63,907 bases of DNA. It comes from Lama glama (Eukaryota). Position 1 is the first letter of the stretch, and each line of letters opens with the position of its first letter. Below, one piece after another: positions 25,748 to 39,029 of this stretch. Where the stretch lies: contig CM052816.1 in assembly GCA_028534125.1 (NCBI GenBank), positions 94,180,094-94,244,000 of the forward strand. Direction: 5' to 3'. The position numbers and the translations under genes were made by a program. The notes below the pieces were generated by a model. That model was given only the letters and a program-made list of their open reading frames with translations. It did not search any database and had not been told where the DNA came from.

Positions 25748-26280
25748 TACATACAATGGAATATTACTCAGCCATAAAAATGAAGAGATCCTATTTTCTG
25801 GACAACACAGATGGACCTTGAAGGCATTATATTAAGTGAAATAAGTTAGAGAAATACAAATACTGTATGACTCACTTGTATGTTAGATCCAGGAAAAAAA
25901 ATGAGAACAAACACCAAACTCATAGAAAGAGATCAGACTACTTGTAGTTACCACAGGCAGAGAGTAAGGGAGGGAGAAATGGAGGAAACTGGTCAAAAGA
26001 TTCATAATTCCACTTATAAGTACCAGGGATGTAATATGGCTAACACTACTGTACAATACACAGGAAAATTAAGAGAGTAAATCCTAAGAGTTCTCATGAC
26101 AAGGACAATATTCTTTTCTTCTTTCTTTTCTTTTTATTGTATCTTTATGAGAAGATGGATGTTAGCTGAACCTACTGTGGTTATCATTTTGCAATATATG
26201 TAGCATCAAACAGTCACGCTGTACACCTTAAACTTAAACAGTGATGTATATCAGTTATGTTTCAATAAAACTGGGAAAAC
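25519..26280 (+). mobile_element. L1MA9-like 3' end
   Basis: gacccagtaattcctcttctgg, aatggaatattactcagccataaaaa, gagagtaaatcctaagagttctcat and tgtttcaataaaactgggaaaa. Confidence 0.85.
25699..25746 (+). repeat. (AGAT)12 microsatellite within L1
   Basis: Perfect tetranucleotide run. Confidence 0.97.
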
Positions 26281-27149
26281 AAAGATGCACCTCAGTCTGT
26301 TTATAACATGTACATTGTACAATTGAGAAATTCTTTCAATAATTGAAAGATGAATATTTTCATCAAATAGTAATTGTAAAGCATATAAATCTCTAACATA
26401 AAGTAACTATATTCTGTGATTTCCCTCGTGGCATTTTCTTTTCTAATTTATTAGTTGGTTGTTTTTCTTACTACTACTATAATTCATTCCAACAAGAATT
26501 TGAACTAAACAACAGACAAAAAAGAAAAAGGAAGTTACAACGTGCGGCTAAAGTAACTTCTACAGTTAACTCTGTGTTAAAAATAAATAATATTAGTTTT
26601 AATCTTCTGTGCTTGTGATTTTTCATCATGTGCCCAACTATGAAAATCAGGCAGCATGGACTACAGGAATTGCTCTTAAACTGGAACAAAATAACTTTTG
26701 TCCTGGTTATATGTCCAAGTCCTTTCACTTGAATAATTTACTTTCCTTCTAAATTAAGCATAACATATCAATATTTCTTCCTCTTCTTTTTTTTCTTGAG
26801 TACACCCAATCCTAGAGTTACTACCAATATTTTTGAAAACAAAAAGTAGGAAAATAAATTACTGGAGAAATACTGTGAAAAACTATAAAACTTATCAGTG
26901 ATTTGACAATGTTAATATACAAGGCGAATCTCTCAATGAGACTTCTCATATTTGTGAGCTTATTTTATAGGGAGTCAGAAAAAAGCAGTAAAATGATCAC
27001 CCAAATGAATAAAAAATTGCCTGGAGTCATAAATGTTCGTAAAAGCGGCCACGCCTTTTCTGGGATGTTCAGGGACTCCCCTCTGAAAGAGATATCAGTT
27101 GGGAGAGGGGAGAAATGAGACTCCTGTTTTCTTACCCTGTCACTAACAG

Positions 27150-28100
27150 TGATTCTGTGAACGTGTTGCACACATTTCCCTGCGGGTGTCATAGCACCAC
27201 TGCAGGTAATGCACCTGGGGGTGTAATTTCAGGGTCGCATATTTCCACACTTGTTAGGTTTTGCCAAAGGGTGTATTCCAATTTATATTTACATTTCCAC
27301 AATCATTCCCACGGTTCGACATCCTCACTGATACTTGACATTATCTAACTAAAATTTTTGCCAATCCGATAAATATGAAATGGTATTTCATTGTGTCGTA
27401 TCTCCCTGACTACCTATGCACTGGAAAACTTCTTGCAGGTTCATTGGCCGTTCTTATATTTGCTCCTTTAAATTACCTATTTTTCTACTGAGTTACTTAT
27501 ATATTTTTATTCAGATTTAGATTTTTTCTATCTTATGAATAGCACACATTGCATTGATGTTTTGCAACTATTTTCCTAACTCTGGCCTATCATCTCACTT
27601 TTTACACTTTTCCTTTTTTTGATGAATAGCAAATTTCCTTCATTTTTTGGTTTTAGAGTTTTTCTTCATTTTAATGTGGTTGACAATAGTAATCATTTCT
27701 TTTGTTGTTTTGCTTTGTGTTACTGGCTCAAGAAATTTTCCCATAAAGTCAAGTCATGAATGGATTCTCCTATTTTATCTAAAAGTGCGTACTTTTTGTT
27801 TTTTTATATTTGAATTACCCAAAATGTGTTTTTTTACATACATAAAGAAGGTATTCAATTTTATTCTTTACGTGTGGACAACTAATTGCCCAGAACTTTT
27901 TATTAAATAGTCCATTCTTTCCCATCCGATCTATACGGACAAATCTGTCATGTATCAAATTTGTGTACACCTGTGCCACTTCCAGTGTATTATATTTCTT
28001 TGATCAATTTGCTCATTGCTGGGTCGGCAATAAGGTGTCTTAATTATGGCACTTTACGTCCTTGTATCTAGATGAAAACTCCCTTCAACCTGTTCTTCTT
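27150..28100 (-). mobile_element. Old L1 (L1ME-like) ORF2/3' fragment
   Basis: ttttgccaaagggtgtattccaatttatatttac, aaatttttgccaatccgataaatatgaaatggtatttcattg and tttattaaatagtccattctttccc. Confidence 0.65.
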
Positions 28101-28109
28101 CCCTTGAAG

Positions 28110-28440
28110 GGGTGTAAAAAAGAGGTGCAGATTTAAAATGTCACTATGACTCCCTAGGAAAAGCCAAGAGTGAATTGAAGGACATCATTGGGGAAATTGG
28201 CCACTAGATGGGTGAAGGTGATAACCACTTAGGAGGTGGTGATGGAGACTGAGAGAAATGAATGAACACCATCAAGGTTTAAGAGGTGAGACAGACACAG
28301 TGGTTTGTGAATGTTCTGGTGAGGGAAAGAAATGTATGGTTGATGACTTCAATGCTCTTCCTTGAAGAAATACAGGAATGATGGTGCCAAGCTTGGTGAC
28401 AGAGAACACCAAAGGAAGGGTAAAGATGATCGGTTACTTA
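28110..28440 (-). mobile_element. L2 fragment
   Basis: tttaaaatgtcactatgact...ggaggtggtgatggagactgagagaaatgaatgaa...gatgacttcaatg. Confidence 0.5.
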
Positions 28441-28907
28441 TTCAGGAACTAGCAAATCTGTGACTCAGTCAGCATTAGATTAGAGTTTAACCCACCAAAA
28501 CAGAATGAAACAGAGCAAAATAAAACATGGCTGCTATCCATGACCCATTTAGATTTTCTACTTGTCCCTGGACTTGACATGTCTGCTGTTGAAAAGGAGA
28601 GAATGTCGGAAGATGGATATTCCTAGAATATGTGAGACTGAGGGATAAACTGTGGGACTGGAGATGCTGGTACTATTTCTTAATGAATAAATTGGTTTTT
28701 ATTTTGAACAATGTACTATCTCCACAAGATAATCATTTCAGACTGGCCCCAGATAGATTTCCTGCTTTTTAAGAAGTTTATCTCCCAGAGATTTCACTTT
28801 CCATCCATTTTTCTACCTATTGACACTCAAGGAAATGAAGAACTATTGCCATGTTAGAACAGGAAGGAGCTAAAGACTGTGTGGGTCTGTCACCCACCCT
28901 GCATGTC

Positions 28908-29135
28908 AAGGGAAGCAGCTGTGACATAAAGGCTAAGAGTTTAGACCCTAAGCTAGACCGCCTGGTTTCAATTCTCCCTGAAAGCTTGTATGATTTAGGA
29001 AGTTACTTAACTCTCTCTGTCTCAGGTTTCTCTGATGGTAGTGACAGTATTAATAACTGTCACATAACTGTAATCGCAGGGCTTATACAGTGACGGTCTG
29101 AGTGGTGGCTGGCGCACAGCAAATGGTCAATAACA
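28908..29135 (+). mobile_element. MIR SINE
   Basis: gggaagcagctgtgacataaaggctaagag...gatttaggaagttacttaactctctctgtctcaggtttctc...ggctggcgcacagcaaatggtcaataa. Confidence 0.7.
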
Positions 29136-29749
29136 CCATCTACTTTGTTATCAAATTTTACTTCCATGGAGGAGGTATGTGAAATCCCATATTACCGCCA
29201 ATTGCCCTTCGTCATGCAGTCAGCCTCCCAGGTATAGGATAAGGACCAGAATCTATTTCTTTTCTTTCTGATTTAATATTCTTTCCAGAAGTCTGATTTA
29301 TAGTTTCCCTCCACCCAACATATATATAAAAACAAAGTGCATATCCTACACTACAGTATCTCCGTTCACGTATGAATTATTTCTTGATGTTCATCTTCAT
29401 GCCAGGAAGAAAAGACAAATGACACACTGATATACTGTGTATGTGTGTCATATACACACATGTCATCAGTATAATGATAAACTACACGAGTGATGCTTTA
29501 TCACCTAATGGGTGAAGTGATGTTAGAGAGCCATTCTTCTCACAGGTGCTCCCTTCTGAGGAGTAGAAAGGCCAACCACAACTGTTCCAGAATGAGCCAG
29601 GGGCGGGGAGCACACCCAGACAGAACGAGGGAGCTCCTGAGCGTGCCAGTGAGGGTGGAGACGATGGATCTGAGACCCCAAGGGGAAAAAATGTGAAAGA
29701 AAAAATGGAGAAATAGGGAAAAAGTTTTAAAACATTTTGAGGTTCCCTT

Positions 29750-30154
29750 CTTTCTTTAAAAAACATTTTATTGACGTGTAGTTGATTTATGTTAGTTTCA
29801 GGTGTACAGCAAAGTGATTCAATTATACATATTCATATATACATACATTTTCTTTTCAGATTCTTTTCCATTATATGTTACTGCAAGATATTGAACATAG
29901 TTCTCTGTGCTCTACAGCAGGTTCTTGGTTTTTTTATCTATTTTACACACGGTAATGTGTGACTATTAACCCCCAACCCCTAATTTATCCCTTCCAGCCC
30001 TTTCCCCTCTGGTAACCATAGTTTGTTTTCTGTGTCTGTGGGTCTGTTTTTGGTTTGTAAATCGAATTTGAATCTTTTTTTAAGATTCCATAAAAGTGAC
30101 ACAATGTAATATTTGTCTTTCTCTGTCTGACTTACTTCACTCAGTATGATAATC
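29750..30154 (-). mobile_element. 5'-truncated artiodactyl-type L1 3' end with 13-bp TSD
   Basis: L1 3'UTR on the minus strand, flanked by the perfect direct repeat TTGAGGTTCCCTT at 29737-29749 and 30155-30167. Confidence 0.92.
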
Positions 30155-30999
30155 TTGAGGTTCCCTTTTATCCAACTTTGAATGGATTCATATCTGTCTG
30201 AAGTTGAAAGTACACAAAAGTTTTGAACGATTATGACCATCTATGAGAAAGCTAAGGGAAATTTTGGCAATGCAGTCTACCTGCATGCTTTCCCAGATTC
30301 TGCAGGGCATAAAAATAACTACAAATCTATTACATTATTGCATTATAAGTAGGGGCATATATTTTCAATAAGGTTAACATACTTAAAAAAATAACCATTT
30401 TCTGTACATAAGAGTTTAAAGTCCAATCCATGAGGGTGGATTTAAGAGTATGCATAAATTGTTAATCAGAAGGACATAACAGAATTTCAAAGGCTTGGCT
30501 GCAAAGTGCATGATTGGTGCAAAGGGAGGGTTTGTTGCAAAGACTATAATTTGGGTTAGTATTAAACCCAAAATGTTAAAACAAAATTTTTTTAATACCC
30601 ACTATTTTTTTTTCAATGGCATAGAAAGAAGAGTGGATAAAACCAAGAGGCAAAAACATTAATCTTCTACCAGCTTTAATGTAGTAAAGCAAGACGCTTT
30701 CTCTTCCATAAAGAAAATTTTATTGGAGATTTATTTTTAAGAGGATTTCTGTTGTTAGGAAAGTAAGATTAAAAAGCAAAACTCCATTACCGCCCCATTA
30801 TAAAAGTTCTGGCTATTCTCCAAACCCAGTTTTGGTTCAAGAGAAGTCACATGGCACACATGCATTCTCACACCCAGAAAACTCCAGCTAACCTCACAGA
30901 AAGAAGTCATGGCACAGATGCTGTGAAAGGTGCGATTCTTGAATCTCTTTAAAGGAGCATCCTGTGGCCATAGATCTCGGAATTTAGCAAGACACATAC

Positions 31000-31200
31000 T
31001 TGGGATTTAATACTGGCTCTTCTACTCTCTGCTACCTTTGATGATTAAATTGTTTTTTTGTTCATAAGACAAGAAAAATAAATAGCCACATCACAACATT
31101 GTTTCAAGGATTTAATGATATAATGTCTGTAAAGCCCCTTACAAAATTCTTGGGCTTACATCAATGAGTAAATATTAAGTATTAATAGTGGTATTATTAT
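31000..31200 (+). mobile_element. MIR SINE
   Basis: gggatttaatactggctcttctact...aaggatttaatgatataatgtctgtaaagcccctt. Confidence 0.6.
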
Positions 31201-31479
31201 ATTACCATTACCTCTATTAAAATAAAAATATAATTCTACCGTGTTCAAGTCAAATACTTGGAGAAGGCTTGTGCCCAGGCAGTGTAATATTTTTTTCTTG
31301 TCCACTATCCAAATCTGATACTTTAAAGACTAGTCTACCCCCAGTTCTCCCAGGAAACCTGTTGTCAGTGCTCTGGCAGTCCCTCAGCTCGCTCTCTGAG
31401 AACGCTAATATATAACATATTGTCATTTCTTTGTAGATAACCTGGCTTTTCTGCCTAACAGTTTTTTCCATTTGTAAAA

Positions 31480-31548
31480 TCTTTTCATTGAAGCATAACA
31501 CAGACATGAAAGTGCACAAATCTAACATATAAAGCTCAGTGAATTTTC
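31480..31548 (-). mobile_element. L1MB-like 3' terminal fragment
   Basis: ttttcattgaagcataacacagacatgaaagtgcacaaatctaa...ctcagtgaattttc. Confidence 0.6.
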
Positions 31549-32043
31549 TTATTACAAGAAATTGAATATAGTCCCCTGTGCTATACAATAGGTCCTTGTT
31601 GTTTATCTATTTTGTGTATAGTAGCGTGTATCTGTTAATCCCAAACTCCTAATTTACCCCTCCCCCCTTTCCCCCTTGGTAACCATAGTTTGTTTTCTAT
31701 ATCCATGAGTCTATTTCTGGTTTGTAAATAAAATTTGTATCATTTTTTAGATTCCATGTATAAGTGATATCATATGGTATTTGTCTTTCTCTGTCTAACT
31801 TACTTCACTTAATATGATAATCTCTAGGTCCATCCATGTTGCTGCAAATGACATTTTTTCATTCTTTTTGTGGCTGAGTAATATTCCAGTCTGTGTGTGT
31901 GTTCGTGTGTGTGTATATATATATGTACATATATATATGCACATATATATATACAAAACACATCTTTTTTATCCATTCAGCTGTCGATGGACATTTATGT
32001 TGTTTCCATGTCTTGGATATTGTAAATAGTGTTGCAATGAATG
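31549..32043 (-). mobile_element. Artiodactyl-type L1 3'UTR fragment lacking its terminal ~100 bp and tail
   Basis: Closely similar to the copy at ~9410-9850 but starts abruptly at ttattacaag. Contains (TG)n/(TA)n at ~31892-31952. Confidence 0.85.
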
Positions 32044-32419
32044 CCTAGTAAATGTTTTAATGTCTCATGTTGTCTGTGATATGTTACAGTTTTACCACAG
32101 CGTGTCTCCATATGAATTTTTAATTTATCTCACTCAACGTTCAGAGCACAACTTGAATCAAGAGAATCAAGTTCTTTTTTCCACCTGAAGAAAACCAGAG
32201 CTTTAGTCTTTGAGTACTGTCTCTACTGAAGTTTTCACATTTTCTCTTTCTGAAATTCCCGATTGATGTAAGGGAATACCACTCCCTTGTCTCCCCTCAA
32301 TTCCTCTTTAATATTTTAGGTTTCATAGTTTCCAACTCTTTATATGCTTACACTACACACACTTTGCTAGCTCTGTCTTCTCCTGTTGTTTTTCAAAGTC
32401 CAAAGACAACCCTGTAGGA

Positions 32420-32645
32420 ATCTCCCCACCATGTACCTGATGACCATGGAGGAGCCTGGAAGATGAAACACAGTACCATGAAGGGAGAGGCTGTGCGGGA
32501 AGTGGGTCAGAGATAAATATTGTCCATCTTAACTTCATCCCAAATGTCCAACCCTCAAAATGTGAACAGAACAAAATGGTTGTCTTGAGACATTAATTTA
32601 GAAGAGGGCTCTATTTTTTCTTAGCAATAAATATAAATGAAATAG
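32420..32645 (+). mobile_element. MLT1 LTR 3' fragment inside an old reverse L1 ORF1-like region
   Basis: gtccaaccctcaaaatgtgaacagaacaaaatggttgtcttgagacattaattt...tagcaataaatataaatgaaata. Confidence 0.5.
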
Positions 32646-33847
32646 CTATTCCTCCTTTTATCCCTTCCCCCACCTCCATACTATTTTAGGACTTCCTTTG
32701 AAGGTGTCTATGATTCCCAATTCTTGTTTGGCTGATGTCCCTCCTTCACGTTAATCTGTTTCTTTCTTCAGTGTTTTTGGCTTTGAGTTCATTTTCAACA
32801 GAGGATGATTTGATTGACTGATTGGCATATACGTGTCCCTGTAGAGCGGCTTTTCCAGCTTTGAAAGCCACATGGTTTCTTTGGTCCCTTCAGTTATTTT
32901 TATGTTCATTTGACATGCACAAACTCACACCTAGAGTTTTCCATTTCTTGCAGTTGCCTTTCTCCTTTATTCCAACCAAGGATTTGTTTGGTGGCAGCCA
33001 TCCCAGCCCCTCCCTGTGCCAGTGTATAGGGTGTCTCCTGTCTCTTTTGTGAACAGGGCAGCACCTAGAGAGCTCTAGCTTTAGGTGAGGGTCTTATTTT
33101 AAGCTCCCTCCCTGTGAAGGACCAAGCATTTTCCCTTGCCTCTTACTTGAATAATAACCTAACAGTCACCGGCACCAGGACTTTATTTAGGTAACAAAGC
33201 AATATGGTGGCCATGGTGTCATTTTCCCACTTCCTGTTCTGCTTCTCTCTGCATTTCTGCATATAAGGACTTTTTCTTCACACTTGACAACAACATCTTT
33301 AAAATAAGCCCTTTGGGAAACTCCTTCCATGTAAGATGCACAAATCTAGGATGAGTGTCACTGCATCTTAACAATCAGAAAAATCAGTTAAACAACTAAA
33401 CCGCAAACGTATATATGAATGTGTCTAATTCCAATACAGGGCAACACATATAATCAGTCCATGTACATGAACTCCTTCCCTTCCACCCTGCTGAGAACTC
33501 TGGTTCTCAAACATTTGTGTAGTTACTCGTGTGTTTAATTCTACTCCACAGTTATGTTGTTTAAGAATTTCTACTTCTATCTCATTAATAATAAAAATTT
33601 ACTGAATAAGTTCCAAAGTTTTCTATTTTTTTCTCTTTCTTTAGAATACATTTCCCCCAGAGTATATATGACTGAAGGTAGAGACTACTCAAAAGTGATG
33701 TGGATTAGTTCTGTATTTCTTTTTTGAGATGTTATTGTCAAATGTGACATGCTGTTAGATTTGGGGTTTTTTCCCATATCCTTGTTGATAACAATATATA
33801 CATAATTTTTTTGTTCATGTGTTTTTAGACCCCTAAGCTCATCTCTT

Positions 33848-34080
33848 TTGTAAACAGCTTTATTGAGGGGTAATTTACATACCACAAAATTCCCTCATTG
33901 TATATGTACAACTCAATAATTTTCATCAAATTACAGAATTGTACAACCATCACTGCTATCTAACATGAAACATTTCCATCGTTCCAAAAAGAAATCTCAT
34001 GCTATGTGTGGCCATCTTGTTCCCACCATCAGCTTCAGGCAGCCATAAATCTTTTCCCTATCTCAACTTTTATTCTGGAC
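33848..34080 (-). mobile_element. L1MB-like 3' end
   Basis: aacagctttattgaggggtaatttacataccacaaaatt...gaattgtacaaccatcact...aacatttccatc. Confidence 0.75.
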
Positions 34081-34169
34081 TGGAATAAAGGCCAACTCAA
34101 TTTTTAAAGAGTTAAAATATTAATTAAATTAATTAAATATTAACATTTTTAATGCATGACATAAAAAAA

Positions 34170-34545
34170 TTTGACAGCAAAGAAAATCTGTCATAAATCC
34201 AATTGTCAAATAATTTAAAGACTATGATATGGTGAAGTATGTGCTTTATTACTAACGCTTTAATAGCAAGATTAAGTATTGGCTTTAACAACAACTGTGA
34301 TTTTAAAGTAATGATGAGTATTAGTGATGACTTGAGTATCTGCAGCAAGCATGATAAGAAAGAAAGATGATTCCTATTGGTGATAAATTCTCATTATTCA
34401 CGTGGTTTTCCACTTAGATTCATAAATAAATAAAATGCTAAATTTCAGAAAATAGGATATACATATGTTCTATCATGTAAGTATACATATGTTCTATCAT
34501 CTTAAGTTCTCTTCACGGCCCCCATGAACCATAAAGAATTCCTGC
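34170..34545. mobile_element. hAT-Charlie DNA transposon fragment (Charlie4-like)
   Basis: gtaatgatgagtatt...gattcctattggtgataaa...aaatgctaaatttcag...ttcacggccccc...aagaattcctg, followed by a ctctaga target-like sequence. Confidence 0.55.
34458..34500 (+). repeat. Local duplication of 19 bp (period 24)
   Basis: TATACATATGTTCTATCAT at 34458-34476 and 34482-34500. Confidence 0.9.
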
Positions 34546-35716
34546 TCTAGAGAAATAGAAAGCAGTTTGATATGTTTCAGTCATTGGATGTGAGTGACTA
34601 TGTGTGTGTGTGTGTAATGTCATGGTGGATTCTTTATTTTTAGAAAGGTCTCTGAAGGTACAATAAATGATCAATAGTCCCAGGAAAAGCACAGTAGATG
34701 GGATTTTCTCCAGATAAAAATTTAAAACATTTCCACTACACCCCTACCAGTCATATGACTTTAAAAAAAAACTGGTACAATTAGTAGTCCAATCTCTTTG
34801 GAAGTTTTATGAACATAGCTCCTCTTATGATACAATTTTACTGGATTGACATTATTTGAAATTGTTTTTCAGTAAAATATTCTTGCAGCAAAAAATTCCT
34901 CACTGAAAGCTATCTGTGAGGCTTTCCAGCTTCAGGTTAGAACATTTATTTAGTCAAAGAGAAAGTCAACAAAAACTATTTTCAGAAAAGAATCTTGGCC
35001 CTGATCTCAGATCCCTCTTTGTTCCTAGGTGGCAAATATTTTTGTTACAGCCTCAGTTTCCATAGAGGGGTGTCAATTCCACCTTAGTTCAACTAATTTC
35101 TAAAAATTTGTTCAGTACTTAACAAGTACCATGAAATATTATTATAAGTAACTGTAAGGGAATATGGAATGATACTGGTAGCCAGTTCTGTACCCAATAA
35201 AAACATATTAATATTAATATGATATGTGAGATTAATAAAGACATGAACTTTATAAGATTTTAGATCATGTACATAGAAAACTATTTTTCTTATGATACTG
35301 GACATTTGTCTGTTGGGTTAAGGGGTAATTAACATAATCTTGCATGGTATTAATTTCTAAAACCCCTTCCCTACATTGTAACAGGGTGAGGAGAGAAAGA
35401 AAAAATGTACTTCACATTTCCTCCTTGATATCGTACAGAAAAGATACCTAAAAGCAAACAATATTGTGTCACCATCCAAATATAAACTGAACATAAATAT
35501 AGCTAAAGTTATCAACAAAACGAAGTTATAAATACAATAGAAGATAATATCACTGTCTACCTTCCTCAAGTACCAGCTCAGATTAAAAAAATCCTTGAAA
35601 TCAATGCCATTCTGACTCTAATTTCCTCATCACTTAGCTTGTCTATATTACAATATACCAGTTATCGCTCATGTATGTAAGCCCCCAAAGGATCTAAGGT
35701 CACATCGAAAGCTTCT

Positions 35717-35776
35717 TATATTCAAGTCAAAGAATGTATATTCAAATCAAAGAATACATTTATTCAAAACAAGAAC
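35717..35776 (+). repeat. Degenerate 20-bp tandem repeat, about 3 copies
   Basis: tatattcaagtcaaagaatg / tatattcaaatcaaagaata / catttattcaaaacaagaac. Confidence 0.8.
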
Positions 35777-35953
35777 TTAGAGAAGTAAAAATGTCTACAT
35801 GGAGAAGTCAAAGATTTTTATATTCCATGATCATATTCCTCAGCCCCTTCAGTTTAAAAAAATACCAAGGTAGTTAGATTTGAATTAGCTTTTCATATAG
35901 TCTCTGGTCTTAAGTAATTAGAAATCCATTAATAATATCAGATTTTTCTTTAC

Positions 35954-35968
35954 CCAGTAGAGGGCAGT
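35954..35968 (+). promoter_or_regulatory. Candidate CTCF binding motif
   Basis: CCAGTAGAGGGCAGT closely matches the CTCF core CCA(G/C)(C/T)AG(A/G)(G/T)GGC(A/G), in non-repeat sequence. Motif only, no binding data. Confidence 0.5.
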
Positions 35969-37459
35969 GCTACAATTGGAAACCAATACATTGCTAGGTT
36001 CTTCTGGAGTTTGTGAATGAATGACCCCATTAACTCCCATGCCTGGAATTACTTAATTGTGTTTCTCGAAACAGAGAATCAAATCTAAAGGAAATAAGTG
36101 GCAAGAGACAGAGAAGTAAAAGGTACACATAGCTAAGCAGTAACTGCAAAGCTGGGAAGCATTGCTAACACAGGTTTTATTGTTTAAAGTGAATTATAGA
36201 GGCGTTTTCTCACAATGGATCAAATAGATACTAACATGAGAGTCAGAAATTAGACAGTTTTCAGAATTAACTTTCAAGAGTATTAGAAATAGATAAATCA
36301 TCTTCCATATTCCTCTTGCTTAGTAAAATTAAGCTCACAAAAGTCATTGAAGAATAATGTTCTGGATGATGTCATAATTTGGCATGATGTAAATTCTGGC
36401 TATTGAAGTTTTTTGCTCTACTTGGACCTCCACAGTGAGTGATTCATTCTTTTGAATCAAAAATCCCAAATTCACAATCCAGTTTTACTTCACTACGTTA
36501 TCTTATGATGACATCAACATCCTAGCACCAAAAATTGAAGTAATATTTCCTAATAGACCTTCTTTTCAAAGATACTGAAATAATACAAAATGATTTTTTT
36601 TTCAGCATTTGAGCACCTTGCTTTCGAAAACCAGGAGGTGTTTTGAGTGTTTGATCCTTAGGGGAAAACAACACCTACTCCTTTCTACTATATATAGTTT
36701 TGTTTATTTTTGCTCAATGTACATATCAAACCAGCTCCTAAAAATGGCTATGCTAGTTCGTCAGTTTACAGCATTGTACATATCACCCTGGGTAGAATTT
36801 TTGCCTTCAAACATTTCCACATTTTTTCATTTGAATCATTCCTTTAAAACTTCTGTGATTTTTTAAAATGTAGATGTTATTAATTATTGAAAACGACTTC
36901 ACTCTGGACAATTATCCTTAGATTGCCCTCTTTTCAGATTTTAGATTTAGGAAGAAAGAACTGTGTCTTCTTTATCTTGTAAAGAAGCAGAAATAAATGT
37001 TCGATGAAGATGAGGATGATGATGGTGGGAGGGGCAGACGGGTGATGCAGCTTCCATGGGATTTCTCTGCTAGTCCATTATTTAAATCTTGAGTAAAAGG
37101 AATGTCTGAAAAAAGGTTTAAATAAGCAGGAGTATGACTTAGACATTTCCAGCTAGCTTGTGTGGCAGCGTCTAAATCAACAGTGCCATGTGCTGACTCT
37201 ACTATTAAAGCACTCTGCAGGGAGGAGAAGAAATTGGTAATTTGACAGAAAATTACTATTCAAAATAGTTACTTAAAAAAAAAAGACACTGGCTACAGAA
37301 ACCTCCAAGAAACAACTATAAATTATTCTATAGTTAATCATTTGACCTGAAAAATATGGACCCAAATTATTCTGCTATCATAAAAAATTCATTGATAGGA
37401 GCTATTAAAAGAAACTAATATAAATGAGGGAAAACCATTTTATGACTCACAGTGAAATG

Positions 37460-37830
37460 CTCTTAGTTTAGTTCCAGACTCTGCCACTTCCTTCGCTCGG
37501 TTAACCTCAGTTTTCCTATCAGTTAATTGGTAGCAACGTTGCCTCCTTTGGAAGGTTGACACTGGCACTACAGGAAGATGCATCTAGGGCACTTATCTTC
37601 ATGACCAGGCTCTTTGGTGCTTAGTAAATGCTGATGACTCTTATTAGCTCCGCAAATCACGTTTTATCTGATGGTGGGCAAATGATTAACTTCTTTGAAT
37701 CTCTTCTTCATCCCTCAAATTGAAATTATAATGCCCACCTAGCTTGCCAAGGAGTGTTGTTAATTTGAAATGAGGTAATAATTGTGCAAGTGTGAAAACA
37801 CTTTGCAAGTGATGAAGGGCTGTATAAATA
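37460..37830 (+). mobile_element. Two adjacent MIR fragments
   Basis: gtttagttccagactctgccacttcc...aacctcagttttcctatc, then gggcaaatgattaacttctttgaatctc...gtgaaaacactttgcaagtgatgaagggctgtataaat. Confidence 0.6.
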
Positions 37831-38645
37831 TTAGGATATGTAATTAATTGGGAATATATACAGGAATTAAGGCTGGCATAAGAAAAGCTCTTTTGCTTAC
37901 ACCATCTTCTGGAAAAATTGTTAGAAAGATCATTTTGAAGGAACGTTATTTACAGCACCATTATAATTTGTGTTTGTTTTGTGGAAATTATGTTTACATG
38001 TTTCAGAGTTTTGCCTGAACATGGATGGATTGGTTTAGTGGGTTGGAACTAACAGTGTTGACTACATATGTATAAAGTAGAAGACTCCCAAAAGACATTT
38101 ACGTTTACCATTCTAAGATAAATTTTATTTTGTAAATAAGTGAGTTTCGCATTGTCACTCAAGGGAAATTTTATTTCTTCAAACCTACTGATAAGAAAAA
38201 TCTGTCCAATATTACAAGGATTTATATTCAGAATTACTGCCTACATCTCTTACTGGGGAGTTCCTTAAGAAGCTGAGGACATGGATGCCTTAAACCTAGA
38301 GTCTCTGAGCAAAGCAGTGCAAACGTGGAACACCAGTCTTACATCCCTCTCTTCCAGGACAAGCGTCATCAAGAGCTAAGTCCATCCTGAGGACCACTGT
38401 AGAAAAGCAGTGTTGAATAGCCTTTAACTCATTTCAGTACCTCTTGCCCCAGACGACCATGGCTCCCCGGTGTCCTCTGAGCACCTACTCCTACCTGCCT
38501 TCCTCAGAGATAGGAAAAGACCGTTTCTATGCTTAAACAAACACTATTAGTAGTTGTGAAGATATTGGTAAGACCTAATTTATCTACTCATTTAATCCAG
38601 GATTCTTTAACCTCCTACACACACACATCACATCACACTAAAATT

Positions 38646-38688
<43 letters not shown>

Positions 38689-38726
38689 GCAGACAGACAG
38701 ATAGACAGACAGACAATAGATAGATA
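38646..38726 (+). repeat. Compound (TAGA)10 + (CAGA)n microsatellite
   Basis: Seen directly. Confidence 0.95.
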
Positions 38727-39029
38727 TTTGAAACTTGTGGAATTGCCAAGCCAAAGGCTTTATCTCAATAAGTGGTGGTGGCTTACTCCTCTAATGGTCC
38801 ATATTCATAAGAACGAATGAGGAGCCGGAGAGATTCGTTGTCTAACCTGATGAGGAAGTGCCTCAGCTAAGGGTAACGTTAGAGACATGCTTGAATTGTT
38901 GTCTCAATAGACACACAACTAGATATCAGATCCCACAGTACCTCCAGCTGCCTAATGAATCACTCAGAGCATCATACTTTCATACACAAGTATCTTATAG
39001 TTCCTCCTTTTTCATACCTACAAATTCTC

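Noticed and set aside
28199..28215. CTCF-like GGCCACTAGATGGGTG
   Set aside because: Lacks the conserved C of the GGC core and lies in a degenerate L2.
29419..29470. Short inverted repeats (ATGACACAC/GTGTGTCAT)
   Set aside because: Explained by CA/TG low complexity, and too short for a miRNA-like hairpin.
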